64,000 nt of DNA from Takakia lepidozioides (Eukaryota; Plantae; Bryophyta), in the NCBI GenBank assembly GCA_030704615.1, contig CM060731.1, positions 20,460,001-20,524,000 of the forward strand. The letters run 5' to 3'. Within the stretch, counting starts at the first letter, position 1, and each line of letters starts with the position of its first letter. A program made the translations under genes and the position numbers. Of this stretch, positions 35,296-49,139 are shown one piece after another. A model generated the notes under the pieces. That model saw only the letters and a program-made list of their open reading frames with translations, ran no database searches and was not told where the DNA came from.

Positions 35296-37969
35296 AGTGT
35301 CTATAATGACCTCACTGGATCCAGTAACAGAACTAGCAAAATAGATATTGCTGAAAGGTGTTGATGGCAATCAAGGGACGTCAGCGGAGTAAGTCAATAG
35401 CATGTAGCCTTCAGGTTCAGATCAACATGAACTCTGATATTGTCAGTGTACTTTTGAGTAACAGTATAGACAGCAGCCTGGATGATTGGTTGTTGAATTG
35501 AAGAGAAGAAAAGATTTCATGTCCTAGTTCCTATAACATTGAAGTGTTCTCAACTTGGGAGTGTTATGAAGTTAGTCTAGTCATGGTCTCTCTCTAACAG
35601 GAGCAGGAGGCTGCAACCGCCCTGCTCTCAAACGATCTTCATTTCTTTCAGAATATCTGTTGGAGTTGTGCTTGTGGAAAGTGGGTTTAAACTTGAAACC
35701 CAAGTCTCCAAACCGGAGGAGTCAAGAAACCCACGTGGGCCTGTGGCTTGTTAGATGGGGTTGACAATCCCAAATTTGAGATATGCTGGTACCAAACCCA
35801 GGTGGCCTCAAATTTTGAGACACTGACCTACGAGGCCTCAAAGGCTGTCACAAAAATTTGAGACAGTACATTCCTTCGGCTGTTATACTAGGGAACATGC
35901 TGGCTGAGTGGTGAGAAAAGTGGAAGAATAGAATGTTTTGGTCAAAACGAATTCCCCTACCAGAATACCTTACTGCCTTCGAAAGGAATATTTGGAGCCA
36001 TCTCCTATTTGTGCCACCCATAGTGTAAAAAGGCCTGAAGCCCAACAATATCACAGCACTTCTTAGTGCTAAGAATATAAAGCCCTACCTCTCTGGTCCA
36101 TGTCGCAAGTCTGAATCACCCACTGAAGGCCTCACAATTGTAGCAATCAGCACAACCTAAAAAGCTGCTATGGTCCAAAAGATGGCATTGAGCAATATAT
36201 AATCATTGGCCTTCACAAATCTTCCCAGGGGCCCACTTCACCCAAAAGGCTCACAAAGCAAAAAATACACAGCTGCACATCTGTAATTCCAGGTATGGTG
36301 TGCTCCTCTCTGGTGTGCCCAAATTGCTTGCTTGTTACCACTAACCCATGACCCAGGACTCTCCAAAGTGGAGAAGGATCTAGTCTTTCTTCCAGGCCTT
36401 GGTGATAAGAACAGTCAGCAGATAGCATCTGTTCCATCCTCATACATTAGTTCTCAATAATGACAACAAGGTTCCCTTCTCCAACCCATGACTCCAACCC
36501 ATGCATTGTTCCTGCGTGTATGAAAAGGCAGGGCCAATAAACATTGCAACAACCAAATGACCACAAAACTCAAAATAGACATTGCACAAACAGTGGAACC
36601 ATAAAAAGTGATTCGTGTCATGACACCTCCAGAGATGATGCTCTCACAAAATAATGAGAGTGAATAAAATTTTTTACACCCCCACAAAGAGACTGTTCCT
36701 CCCTTGATAGCAAGCATAGAAGTAGCACAAGTATCCCTTGGACCCCAAACTACATTGCTAACACTGGGAGCACCTTCGCAGAGGGTTCAGAGATTGTAGG
36801 TGGCTGTGTGAAGGGATCGAAATTATTTTACGTTTTTGTCGAGGAATCTGGTGTTAGGTGCATGCAGGTAGGTATGGTGCTTGGGTATACGGTCCCATCT
36901 CCGCTTTGTGCTTTTCAAAAACTATCACGGTCGTTGTGCTTTCCAAGAGAGTAGCACTGTACACTGTTTGTGCTTTTACTTTTACGGACCACCATCTGGC
37001 CATGCTGACTGGCTTGTGGGGTCCAGAGCTGGAGGTTGATTTGGAACCCACGTCGAAGTGTGCCTGGTTCCTGGTCTCAGAACTGGTTCAAGAATGATGT
37101 GAAGATTGAGTTTCAAGGCGCTTGATCTGTGTTTGTAATTGAGGTTAGTTTCGCACATGATTTTTTTCTCAGGCTGTGTAGTGTGTGGGTTCCGTCGCTG
37201 AAACTTGATTTCGAGCCCAGTCGCATCAAGTGCCAAGCCTCCCACTTATACTTCAAGTGAAAGAATATTGGCGTCAAGATTCAAATAACAGAATTTAAGT
37301 GGTTGACAGTTGTATTCGAGTCAGGAGGAAGTGATTATGGTCGTTGCTACTCTAGTGATTTGCAGCGTAATGTAGAAGGCCAGAAACGGATTGAAGTTCA
37401 ATTGATCAGCTCTGGAGTGACTGTGGAATCAATATAGGCCAGTTTCATTTCGAGCCTGCAAGCAAATGGCTGGAAATTTTGGCGGTCCATTTGAGGAGTT
37501 GGAATACGGCCCGATTCATTTGGAGAGTGGGCATATGTGGTATTTAAGGAGATTCGTCTGAACGGTTAATATCATATTCAATAGTGCTTGATGATGAAGG
37601 AGGACTGCCGAGGTGATTTTTATCCGCAAAAGGAGCTCCAATATCACACTCAGATCAACATGCTTGAATCTAGAAGAGATCAAAAAGCCAGGGCGAACAG
37701 ACAGCCAAGAGATTTAAGACAAAGCATGCATTTGCGATTCAAATACACATGATTGTTTGATTTACACTTCAGAATTGATGAACACGTGACTGGTCAATGT
37801 TGCAGCTGGCAAGTTGAAAAAAAATCTTTATAATTGCAGCTGTCTTTATAATTGTAGAACTAGCTAGTCTAGATCTCTCGAAGTATGAGAGCCCTCTGAT
37901 CTTGACCTATGACTTGAGCTGATCTCAACAATATTCTGCTATGAACATGGATGGTACATGGTTGCTAAG

Positions 37970-39466
37970 CTAGTGATCCAAGTTACAATCTTGTTTGGCG
38001 AATCCTAGTTGTGACGTCTCTAAATCGTATTCAATGTGAAAGTTCTGCTGCTGAATGTTACCAACTATTACATTGATGCTGCCTGGAGTAATGGGGCCAG
38101 TATTCACGAACGCAAAACAGAACAACTCGCCAGCCTCATCGAAGGGTCCCAGCAGTAGGTTTTCAATAGTGAGCCCAAGATTGACACTGTTTTCGAAGTG
38201 GAAGGTGACAATTGGTATCTCTGCAAGTGGGGTCACCGCAGGGATTGTGAAGCAAGTGTCGAGGCCCAAGGTCAGGTTAGAGGGTGGAGCTATAGTGAGT
38301 TTGGAATCAGAGATGAAAGATTTTCTCAGTGGTTTGTAAGCAGGATCAGGTAAGTAAGTCAGGTACGTGCCTGAATCCACGATTGTACCTCCACTGCCAT
38401 CCCCCTGAAGCTGGAAGACCGAAGAGTTGATGGGAAGCCGTTTCTCTCCCACGCTAATGCCCAGTAAGCTGACATAATAGAAATTTGTACTGATCCCCAA
38501 CGTCGCGTTGATGTCTTGAAGAGGGGTGTATCGCATGCCATGGGTAATGGATTCGCCAAAGATGAGGAAGGTCGTAGCATTCGGAAACCTGATACGATCC
38601 GTCAAACAATAGGAGAATTTTCTCGGGAATAAATCACCTAATTGAGATTGGAAGGAGAGGCTTCCACGGTCTAAACCTATCAACCCAGACTCTCCTGCAA
38701 AGAGACCTTGGTTCAAGCGCCCACAACCAAAGATAATCCCGGGAACCAGAATATCTTTCCCATCAGCTGACTGGAGGGTAAGGGTTTCTGCAGACAAAGA
38801 ACCGACTGTTTCACTGCCATCTCCGTAGGCGGTTTGGTATGCACACGAATTGTCCCCAGGTGAACACAAGGCAGAGACTCCCAGGTTACTGGTAGCGCAA
38901 GCCGTGCTGTTGCAGTCAAACTCGATGTAGGATGTGGAAATTTCGGGATCAAAGATTGGGCCAATCTGGGGGTAACAATATATACATGGGAGACATTGGA
39001 TCCACACCAGTTCACTTCCAGTGTCAATTGTGAGAAGGACCTCCTTGGGAGGGGAACCAATCTTCAGTGAAACGTAATACTCCTGAGATCCGCCAGTGGG
39101 AAGACTCGACACTACCCCCTCGCCATCTAGCAGCTTGGTGCGATCCTGACCCATGACTGATGCTTGTATTGGAGCTTCCTTGGCTTTCGAAGCAGCAGAC
39201 ACTCGCCAATTGAGGACCCGCACACGTGCATGGCTTCGGTGAAGAGCTTCCATGATCAGCTCATATGGGGCCCCGTTTGGGTTCCGGAAGGGGGAGCTAT
39301 AGTGCTCTCTGTGTATGAGATCAAAGCCCACCCCATCCTTGAGATGTTTCGTCCATGAGCTCTTCAGCAGGTCCGGGGCACTCATCAAAGACGCATCTGC
39401 TGCAAAAAACTGCCCCAGGCATGCTGTGACGAGTACTGCAATCACACACTCCTTGGATATCTGCAT
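37970..39466 (-). CDS. Secreted A1-family (nepenthesin/ASPG-like) aspartic protease, single exon, 498 aa
   Basis: Signal peptide, LIHR prodomain, EYYVSLKIGSP, catalytic DTGS and DSGT, Cys-rich insert, GNIQQQNFHIEYDL. Confidence 0.95.
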   Translation of the reverse strand: MQISKECVIAVLVTACLGQFFAADASLMSAPDLLKSSWTKHLKDGVGFDLIHREHYSSPFRNPNGAPYELIMEALHRSHARVRVLNWRVSAASKAKEAPIQASVMGQDRTKLLDGEGVVSSLPTGGSQEYYVSLKIGSPPKEVLLTIDTGSELVWIQCLPCIYCYPQIGPIFDPEISTSYIEFDCNSTACATSNLGVSALCSPGDNSCAYQTAYGDGSETVGSLSAETLTLQSADGKDILVPGIIFGCGRLNQGLFAGESGLIGLDRGSLSFQSQLGDLFPRKFSYCLTDRIRFPNATTFLIFGESITHGMRYTPLQDINATLGISTNFYYVSLLGISVGEKRLPINSSVFQLQGDGSGGTIVDSGTYLTYLPDPAYKPLRKSFISDSKLTIAPPSNLTLGLDTCFTIPAVTPLAEIPIVTFHFENSVNLGLTIENLLLGPFDEAGELFCFAFVNTGPITPGSINVIVGNIQQQNFHIEYDLETSQLGFAKQDCNLDH

Positions 39467-39893
39467 AAGGCAATCTCTCAGTCAGGGAATCTCGATTTTC
39501 TTCCGTTCCAAGTCGCGCAGCACGCGCAGTTCACACCCTCTGCCCTGCCACAAGTAGGGGGATCCTAGTCCTGTATGCAGCTGCCTGGGTGCATATGTTC
39601 AGTGAGAGCACTCGACAGAGTCGAAGTGAAAAGGTGGGCGGGGAACTGGTGGAACAGAATAGAGCTCGAGAAGAGTAACTCTAGTGACAAGGAAAAGAGC
39701 TCCAAGTGGCTAAAACCTCGGGTGTTTGAGCCTAACGAAAGAGATCAGAACGAACTCGTGCACTTATCTGTATGCTCAGGAAGACAGTTGTAAGTTTTGC
39801 TAATACAATTCATGGAACTGTAAGACCAACGACCTGATAGACAAAAAGCTGTTTGGTCGTAATTAGAGGTATCTGAGCCCAGTACTTGCAGCC

Positions 39894-39918
39894 GGAGAGA
39901 GAGAACGAGAGAGCTCTA

Positions 39919-39957
<39 letters not shown>

Positions 39958-39961
39958 GAGA
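39894..39961. repeat. (GA)n microsatellite upstream of the aspartic protease gene
   Basis: Run of GA dinucleotides interrupted by GCGCGC. Confidence 0.9.
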
Positions 39962-41999
39962 GTGAGTGAGGTTTTAGCTGTAAGAAAAGATTCTGCCAGA
40001 GACATTGAGTCAACCGCACATAATCCCTATTGTGTGCAGGCCCCTGTTATTAGACTCCCGCAACCCAATTTTGGGCACCACACTGGACTAAAGAATGAAA
40101 TTACTTTTAGCCTAGCTATTCTACACTGTCTCGCCTATATTTGACCAAGCTGCAACGTTAAGCCATGTCCAACGACAAATTGGTGTGCTTTTGTTACAAG
40201 CAGTACACATATATGCGAGTAACCAGAAAAAGGTGAAGATGGTATGACGGTAGAGGTAGGAAAAGGTAATGATTGATGGCGGCTGTGTTGTCCACGATGC
40301 CTCACTGTTCGGACATGTGTTTACAAGTAAGTCTGTGACTTGGAGCTGACACTCTTAATGTACAATATTGCTGGACAGAATGTTGGGTTGCCGGTTAAAT
40401 TAATACCGAAGGAGACTAGGAGGAGACTCAAGACACATTCCAGGATTTTCTCTGCACACCTGGGAAGTTCCGGGCAACATGCTCCATATTCTGCTCAATG
40501 TGGGTCCTCATCATCGGAGCGGCACACGAAGAATGACACCGGCCGAAGAACTCTGTAAGGTAAGCGGACGATTGACTCTGAAACCCCGGATATAGGTACC
40601 CAAATCACAATTGCGGTTCTGGGTGACTGCAAATCAGATTAGCCGGTCTCTTCTGCCCACTAATCAAACAAGCTTACAGTCCGTGTATACAGCCCTTCTA
40701 GGCATGCGCACAATTCGAGAAGTTCGGTAGGTGCCTTGGTGATATATTATAAACCTTTTCGAAGCAGGTGACTGTTGGCTCATCAGCCTGCACAAAACTG
40801 GAAATGTCTACCACTCACGTTTAAGTGAAACACTAAGGAGCTTTTCTAAAGCATCATGGAATGCTTAAATCTTACACATGGATACCTGTAGGCAACTGGG
40901 CAATCGTCTAATCATTGGGCTTTCTAAGTTCCAAGCCGATTGTACAAAAAGTTTCAAAAACAGATATGATACATTTGTTCAGAATCTACCCAGCAATTGT
41001 GACCAGGTTCGCAGTTTTCCTACTTATTAGGATTTATAATTTACTCGGGCGAAGAAGTGATGTATCAACTTGTGATTGCTTTGGATCGAACCCCACTGAT
41101 GATCAAGTACGACGGAAGTACCAACGTAAATGAGACCCTCCTCCCTGCCTGATCTGTACATATTGGGTGGTTTCAGCCTTCTGTACTCAAGTGGTGGAGT
41201 AGAAGGTTGAAAAGACCAAGAGTGCTGGCTTGTGGCAATGTACTTCCAAGAGGGGATGGGGGCACCAACATCTATGTACCCCGTACAACCTTGACTTATC
41301 TGTTTGTTTGTAACTTGCCAGCAACAAAGAGAGCAGGTAAGGTCGAGAGTGTACGCGACTGGGTGGAATTCCATCCGCAACCGTAGCTGCTCCCATGCCA
41401 TCATTATTGTTTGTTCTTTGTGAATAGGGACGAGCTCTTGAGAGCATTTGACAGGCGCAGATAGTATAGAGTATAAACGTATAAACCTGGGTTGTATGTT
41501 GGAGTCTGCAATTTTGCATCCACGGGAAGATGGTGTGGTTGTTGTGAGTTATTAGTGATTGAATCGTTTGCGGTTTGTCAGGTGGAATTATCGTGGTATC
41601 CATGAGCTATGTAAATGTATTTCAATGTCGCGGCCCAGGTCTGCTTCGGAGTTCGCCCTCCAACATTGTCCGAAATCGGTGTCAGAGTGTGATGGAGTAA
41701 AAACAAAAGAAACAGACACAAAGACTGGAAACAACAAAGATTCAGATGGTCAGGATTCAGGTGCACTGATACATTAAAGGCACAGATGATTGTAGCTTCG
41801 TGCAAGCACGAAGAGGAATGAGTAGGTCATCAATACCAAGTAATGAAGCAAGCTCATAAACGCCTGACTTTGGCAGCCAAGCACTGCAGGCAACCTTGAG
41901 GCATTTCTGTTGCGACCCTGAAGATCGTGTCTTTTACCGCCACGTTTGAAGAGTCCACAGTAATTGAAGGGAGTTTTAAGTAGAGTGACAGAGAAAATA

Positions 42000-42187
42000 C
42001 AGTCTACCCTCTATATGTTTGAAAAAAATTAACACTTATCGAGGACCATTTAATAAAGGAGGGAGTAAAAATTATCATAACACATAACACCTAACACTTT
42101 GCTTTGTAAAATCTTTGGGAGTAAAAAAAAGATAACAGATAAAGAGGGTTAACAGATATGGAGGGAACATTTATGAAGGGTAGACTG
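42000..42187. mobile_element. Tc1/mariner-pogo-type MITE (188 bp)
   Basis: TIRs CAGTCTACCCT / AGGGTAGACTG flanked by TA at 41998-41999 and 42188-42189. Confidence 0.85.
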
Positions 42188-44009
42188 TAGTGGCATAGAC
42201 AAAAACATCAAGCTGATGACAACTTACAAGGAAAGATGACATGTATAGGTTTCGTCTCCAAAGTCGTCAACAGCAATCTCCCTGAGCACTAAGCAACAAA
42301 CAATCTGGAAGGTCAAAACTTGCCCTCAGAAGAGAGGAACCCACGCTTTTGGAGAGTCAAATGTCCAAGCCGAAAATAGGTAGTCTCTGATTCCTGAATG
42401 GACGAACAGGTCTCTCTTGCAGAAGACCATGGATCTTGCTTTCTGGGCCCACTCCCTCAATGATGTAGATACTTGGCTACGAGACAAAAGTGTCTGCTCC
42501 TTGGACTCCACATCGAATCGACCTTGTAGTGGCAATGCTGCGAGGTTGCATGCAGAAAAGATTATAGCTCACCGAAAGGAATACATGTGCTCTAGCACGC
42601 CTTCTCTAGCACAAGCTTTCTGTTGGCCCCAAAGGTTTTGTGGGACCCCACTCCCCACCACCGAGGTTTCAGCTGCACGGGCTCCAACTGTGGTTCCCCA
42701 CCTTGTGTGACTGCCGTGCACCTTGTCCTGTGAAGCTTCAAAACCTGCCTGCATGGGGACCCCCAAGGGCTACTGCATTCAGATGGAAAGGTGGACACCT
42801 TTATGACATCCAATATACTTGTGTGGTTTTGAACCCACAACCTTGAATGAAATTATATTTTGTGCTAACCACTGGGCTAACTATTGGATGTCGGCCTAGG
42901 TCTAACTTGGGTGCATTTCGCTGCTCATGCGAAGGCTATAGACCAGTGTTGTGCAATTATTTGATTTTTTTTATATCAGCCGGTTACATATGTTTATCTT
43001 TAACTTTGTGTTCACATCCTCCATTTCCGGGGATTTGGAACTTTCCCTTTCTGATATGTGTCAATGGGCAACAAATGCAAAACTTAACCCTGTGTGGTTA
43101 CAGACAAATGGATTTTATGTCCAGGATGGCATCCGGCGCTCTAGTATCCGGTTATCAAGCAAATCCAAGTTTATTTTAATAAAATAAAATCATCCAAACT
43201 AAAAAAATCTAATGTATTAAAAGTACTTATAAGAAAATAGTTATATTTATTAGGGTATGACATAGAAGATTCACAATCGCCGCCTTTTCATAAATCCAAT
43301 GCCGCCCTTCAGAACGTGACGAGTAGAAATGAAGATAGGCCGGCTCCTGACTATGACCCGCCTCACGCAATAATCGGCTATTATCCGGATTATAACTTCC
43401 AGTTTTATATGCCGCATGTATGGATTCATGACCTGCTTCTTTTTCACCACTAGCTCATGTTCCAATCAAATTAAAAAAAAATACAAAAACCACCGGCTTT
43501 CAACCCGATCCGGTTATTCCCATCTCTTCATATCCAGTGGTTCTTAACGGAGGCGGATACTTGATTTTTTGACCTCCGGCAGATCCATATATATATATAT
43601 CCAGGTTGGGATTCGCCAAGACTCTGAATCAAATATCCGGGCAACATTGTTGTAGACCTACAATCTATTTCTGCAAACAAAACATCGAATGTGGAATATT
43701 GATTCTCTTCTCATTGTGGAAGGTGACTTCAAACAAGCGGCTAGTCGCCTAATAGCTCCACCCTAATCACAAAACTGAAATGGTAGTGCTGGCGGTCATG
43801 ATAATAATGAATTAAATGCAAGAAACAAATGCAAAAGAATAAAATTGAATGTGGAAGTCATTCAGATAAAAATGACAGAAAATGAATATAATATAACTGA
43901 AGGGATATTTAACAACATGGTTTGGTAGTTTGAAAGCTATATATATATATGTTTGTGATCTGCCAATATGCCTCTTTAACTCTTGATATACATTGTTGGT
44001 TAGGTGTAA

Positions 44010-45040
44010 GCTAAAAATCTGAATTTTGTAAAACGAAAAATTGAAGTTTGTAAAACTGAAATCAATGGTAGTTAAAAAATTAACCGAGATGTCTGAAAGA
44101 CTAGCTGAAAATCTTGTTATAAACTGAAAACTGAGGTCTGTAAAACTGAAAATTGAAGTCTGTAAAATTAAAAACTGGAATCTGTAAATTTGAACTCAAT
44201 GGTAGTTAAAAAACATTAACTGACATGTGTGAAGAACTGGCTGAAAATTGAAAACTAAGGTCTGTAAAACTGAAAACTGAATTCAATGGTAGTTAAAAAA
44301 ATAACTGAGATGTCTGAAGGACTAGCTGAAAATCTGAAAACTGAATTCAATGGTAGTTAAAAAAATAACTGAGATGTCTGTTAGCACTTTCTCGCAAAGA
44401 TTTCGGTTTTCTGCCATAATTTCATGCATAATATGGGCAATTGCAACAATTTCGTAATGGAGCTGCTATATATGCACATTTCAAAAATATTTGAGCAACT
44501 CAGATTGGTGACATGCGACTGGTCAAACTTCCTTGCACCATTTTTGCTCATGTTTTGCACGATGACAAATATGCCGCTTTGTAGCGATTGCATAATGCCC
44601 ACATAGCCCACGGAGGATACAACATAGCTGCTGAGTAATGACCTCTATGTATTTTCAAATTACTGTCTTATTTACATTTATTTGCAAGTACATTTTTTTC
44701 TCATCTCTAACACTTTTGCTGGTTTTCTGGTTTTCTAGTTACATGGATTCTCTACAATATTGTGGAAGCTGCCATTTATATGAGTTATTACAGACTTCAG
44801 TTTTCAGTTTTCAGCAAGATTTTCAGCTAGTCATTTAGACATCTCAGTTCATTTTTGAACGTAATTGATTTCAGTTTTAGAGCCTTCAATTTTCAGTTTT
44901 ACAGACTTCAGTTTTTAGTTTTATAGACCTCAGTTTTTAGTTTACAGCAAGATTTTCAGCCAGTCTTCTAGACATCTCAGTTAATTTTTTAACTACCATT
45001 GAGTTCAGTTTTACATATTTCAGTTTTTCAGTTTTACAAA
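44010..45040. repeat. Foldback-like element with long imperfect inverted arms built from short tandem units
   Basis: Left arm has repeated AAAACTGAA and AATGGTAGTTAAAAAA-TAACTGAGATGTCTG. The right arm (~44790-45040) has the reverse complements. Confidence 0.7.
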
Positions 45041-47245
45041 CAAACATGTTTAAATTTAAGACGTTGAACAAACTTGTGCACAGGGCTGCCCTTCTCATCA
45101 AGCTAGAATCAGTCAAAAATCACCATTTCAGTCAAGTGCAATTATGGACTGACTTTTTACCTATGCTAGGTAGACCCCATGATGGTCATTACTCCCAGGA
45201 AATGGTGGATGGTCTGAGTAGCTACACAGATCAATGAATTAAGCAAGACACCACAAGAACAAATCCCATCTTCAAAGTGGTGAAAGCGGTCCTACGGTGG
45301 TGGAGGCCCAAACTTGTAGAAACCCCATGGCAGGCGCTTTCAAGTGCCTTCAAGATCTTCCTTTCTGCCCTCATCAAACCCTCAAAGTGACTGACTGGCT
45401 CCATTGTGGCCACAACAATGTGTGTCAGGGCAACCACCCGTCCCACTTCAAGTGAACTCACAATATTTGAAGTGGGATTTTTCTGGTGTGTGTGCACTGT
45501 CACATCTATGTGGCCATTTCCTCTGAACAGGGGGAATGAGAAAGACTAAGAGGTTAAGCTCCAAAGAGCTGTAAAGCTGAATGTGATCCTCACCCCTTGA
45601 TTAATCTTTGTTGTAGCCGATTATGGCAATCCAAAACTCGATACATTGTCACCAACACATTACGATGCTAACCACTCACTACAATGAATTTCAACAGATA
45701 ATCTTTAATCTACAATGTTTTCTCTATTGGAGGTTGACAGAAAGTATTTCCGGATGTCGAGTTCAGGCACAATCTTTTCTTTTAGAGATTTCGTGGTAAC
45801 TATTGGCCTTGCATTTCTAGGCTTGAGCACCTTCCTATCCAGCTGGCTTTCAGACTTACTTGCAGGAAGTGATGTTATTCACAAGAGGTTCGCACACGCC
45901 AGACCTTACTTTCTTAGCCAGAGTGCCTTGCCGGCACACTACCTCTGGCACAAGACTTTCTTTCGGTGCAGAAATTTTTTCCTGAGATTCAGTGCGGAGG
46001 TGGACGTGAACTTGGCAAGCTGCCTACATTGGCTTGACGAGGGATATACCCTTCTTGGACTACAGTGATTGTAAGGAGGTTTATGAGGCATAGTAGAATA
46101 AAGGACTTGAGTGGTGCTTGCTACCTGGCTGATGATTTCACCAGGCAATTTAGAATCCCTAGAGGTCTGGCAGGGGGGCAAAAAACAACTCTCTTCCAAA
46201 GCTGAAACCACCCTCCTTCAGGTACACCTGCAGTGCTGGTTCAGAAGATAATGGGGTACCCTCAAAGGTTTCAACATGAAATGGATGTCCTTAATTCTGG
46301 GATGCAACTTGTCATCTACAACGAAGGTGTGCACCCTCTTGCCAACCTCAATGCAGCAGCGACCTGGCTCCTTTTTAACCCCTATCACCTTCATCATTCT
46401 TTTCACATGTGCAGTATCATCCCACCTGCCAGCTGCAGCATAGATGTTTGATAGCAACACATAAGTCGCGGCATCCTGTTCATCCGACTTGAGGATAGAT
46501 GTTGCCGCACGTTCGGTCATCTCCATATTGCCATGGATTCTGTAGGCACCAAGCAAGGCCTTCCACACCACAACATATGGATTGATTGGCATTTTATTAA
46601 TCAGGTCCACTGCTTCATCCAGTTGTCTCGCACGTCCAAGAAGGTCCACCATGTAGCCAAAGTGCTTTACTGTCGGAGTGACACCATGATCTTGACTCAG
46701 GGAATCAAAGTAGTGTCTTCCTTCATTCAGTAGGCCAGTGTAGCTGCATGCATAGAGAACACATATAAAGGTTGTCCAGCTTTAAGTCATTCCTTCAAAT
46801 AGTTGCAGGACCTCCCTTTGACAACATGCTGGGCATATCTTGCGATCATCGCATTCCACATCTAGCATACATGTCCAGGAGGGTATTGTTCAGAACCACA
46901 TCTGGTACAATTCCAGCTTTGGCGATGCAACCATGCCCTTTTCCAGGGCCGCCACGCTTGCATACACGCTGCAAACGCACACAAACGTGATGTGGTCGGG
47001 CTTCACCACTTCTCCTTGTTCATAGGTCTCCAAAGCCTTCATCTCGTGCCCCTGCAAGCATCGCGTTCCACGACACCACATCTTGTTCAACCACAGTGTT
47101 GAAAACTCCCTTCGCATCCTCGATCAACCCACATTTGGCATATGTCCACCAGGGCAGTGTTCATGATGACATCTGGTACAATTCCAGCTTTGATGACGTC
47201 ACCATGGACCTCTTTCCCCTTTTCCAGAGCTCCCAGGCTTGCACA
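45040..47245 (-). pseudogene. Disrupted PLS-E-DYW PPR gene: PPR/E part at ~46218-47245, DYW-end and 3' flank remnant at ~45040-45290
   Basis: MVDLLGRARQLDEA...KKEPGRCCIEVGKRVHTFVVDDKLHP; [13 protein letters not shown] remnant at ~45260-45290. Confidence 0.85.
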
Positions 47246-48429
47246 CGTGCTTTATGTACAATTTGTGTGGGGAGCATGGCCTCTGGGTAGAAATCTTGGC
47301 AAGAAGGCTTGAGCGTTGCGAGGCCATGCCTGTTGTCGCTCAGCGTTGTAGCTGATTGTTTGCTAGCTGGATTTTCTTCCAGAGAGCTATCAACCTTCAA
47401 CAACCATGGCTACCTTCGAGGGAAAGCCTAGCACTTTATAGGTTGACCCCATTGAGCGATTGGCACGTGATATCATCTCAGTAAGAAGCAGGGTTGCCTT
47501 TAAGTCATAAGGATTGGCTTCGATCATAGAACAAGGTTTTGTGCAGTGTGTGTCATCTGCAAACTGATGTGCACACACAACTTCATTTTCCAGTGTTTAC
47601 ACTTTGGATACCAAAATCATACCCTCAAGACTTACTGACTCCTCTGAATGTTGGTGGTGGTGTTGGTTATACCTGTAGGGACCATCAGTACATTTGGATG
47701 CTAACATGTGGGAACTGCGAACCTTTGGAACGGTTTTTAAGTTTTGGGACCGTCTTTCTTTCCAAAGGAATGCACATATTAATAACGTACGATCATCAGG
47801 AGAATGAAGCTACTTGCTGCGGGTATTGGCAAGTTCTATGAGGATGGAGGTCCTCCAATCTACCTTTTGTGAACTGGGGCCCACAACGGAAGATGCCAAC
47901 AGGTAGCTGATTGGCAGTACATGTATTACTAACCAGCTCTTGGACAGAAAATCTTGGGCATCCTGCTTCAGACGAATTTAAACCGTCAAGGTACTTATAA
48001 AGCATTGTTTGGTCTTCCATTTACTGTAGTGCAGTCCTTCCAGTCGACAGAGACGGGGATCGATCCTATGTTCAGGATACCATCCTCCTGTCTGGCAAAT
48101 TAAGCTTTGGGAAATTTCTATGAGTAGTTGACAGCTTTGTTGGTGGGATGTGATCCAGCCTTTGGAACAGGCTGAGAAGCTGAGAAGCTGAGAAGCTCTT
48201 TCAACGAATATGAAAAGTGTGGTTGATATTTTTCCAGTGCTTATTTTGATGCTGAATTGTATGTTGTTTTCTGTTGAAGTTGCTTTCTCAAAAGGCATTC
48301 TGTCAATTCCACACCTGGCCATGTCTGAGTTGTGGGCTCCATTGATATATTTTCTCCATTGCTTTCTCAACTTATCTGGCCTGGGAAGGACAGGCTGCTC
48401 ACATTCTGAACATCCACGATGTTTCCAAC

Positions 48430-49139
48430 ATATGGCATATACCCCTTTTGCTAAGAACTCGTATGCTTTGAGCCATGGGTGTCCATCCTTGAAAAGGCAT
48501 ATGCCAAACTACATGGCTTCTATGAAGCCTTGGAAGGTGGGGTTGTTCATGATGCACTTGTGGATTTGACTAGTGGTGCAGGGGAGGAAATTGACATGTC
48601 TCTTGAAACGTCTCAACTGGATCTTGCTAGTGGGCGACCGTGGTTTCAGCTGCAGCGGTTTAATTCGGAAGGATTTTTGCTTGGGGCCGGTACCCCTTCA
48701 GGATCAGATGTGCATGTATCATCAAGTGGTATTGTGCAGGGCCATGCCTATTCCTTGGTACAGGTCCTGGGCTGTCCCTTTTCCCCGTGTTTCTACCATG
48801 TGTTTCACTTATTCTAATTGGTGTTTGGTTTTGTGTACTGTATGAAGCCTAGAGTTGCGAGGACCTCCCTGTATTATGGGTGAATGCTACCGGCGGGGTA
48901 ACCTAATGTGTTCATTTGTGTATTCGTTTGCTCTGTTACATCTTTCTTTCTCTAACTAAACATGGTTGTTATGCACTTCAATCATCTCCACAGTATCTCA
49001 GGTACGGGAGGTGGATGGGCACAAGCTGGTTCAAATTTCCAACCCTTGGGCCAATGAGGTCGCATGGAATGGTCCTTGGTCAGATTTGTCGCAGGAGTGG
49101 ACTGATCGAATGAAGCATAATCTCAAGTACATTCCTTAG
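48430..49139 (+). pseudogene. DEK1: DEK1-type calpain CysPc fragment (two exons, ~48430-48763 and 49002-49139)
   Basis: [61 protein letters not shown]; TAG at 49137-49139; the catalytic Cys exon is not seen. Confidence 0.85.
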
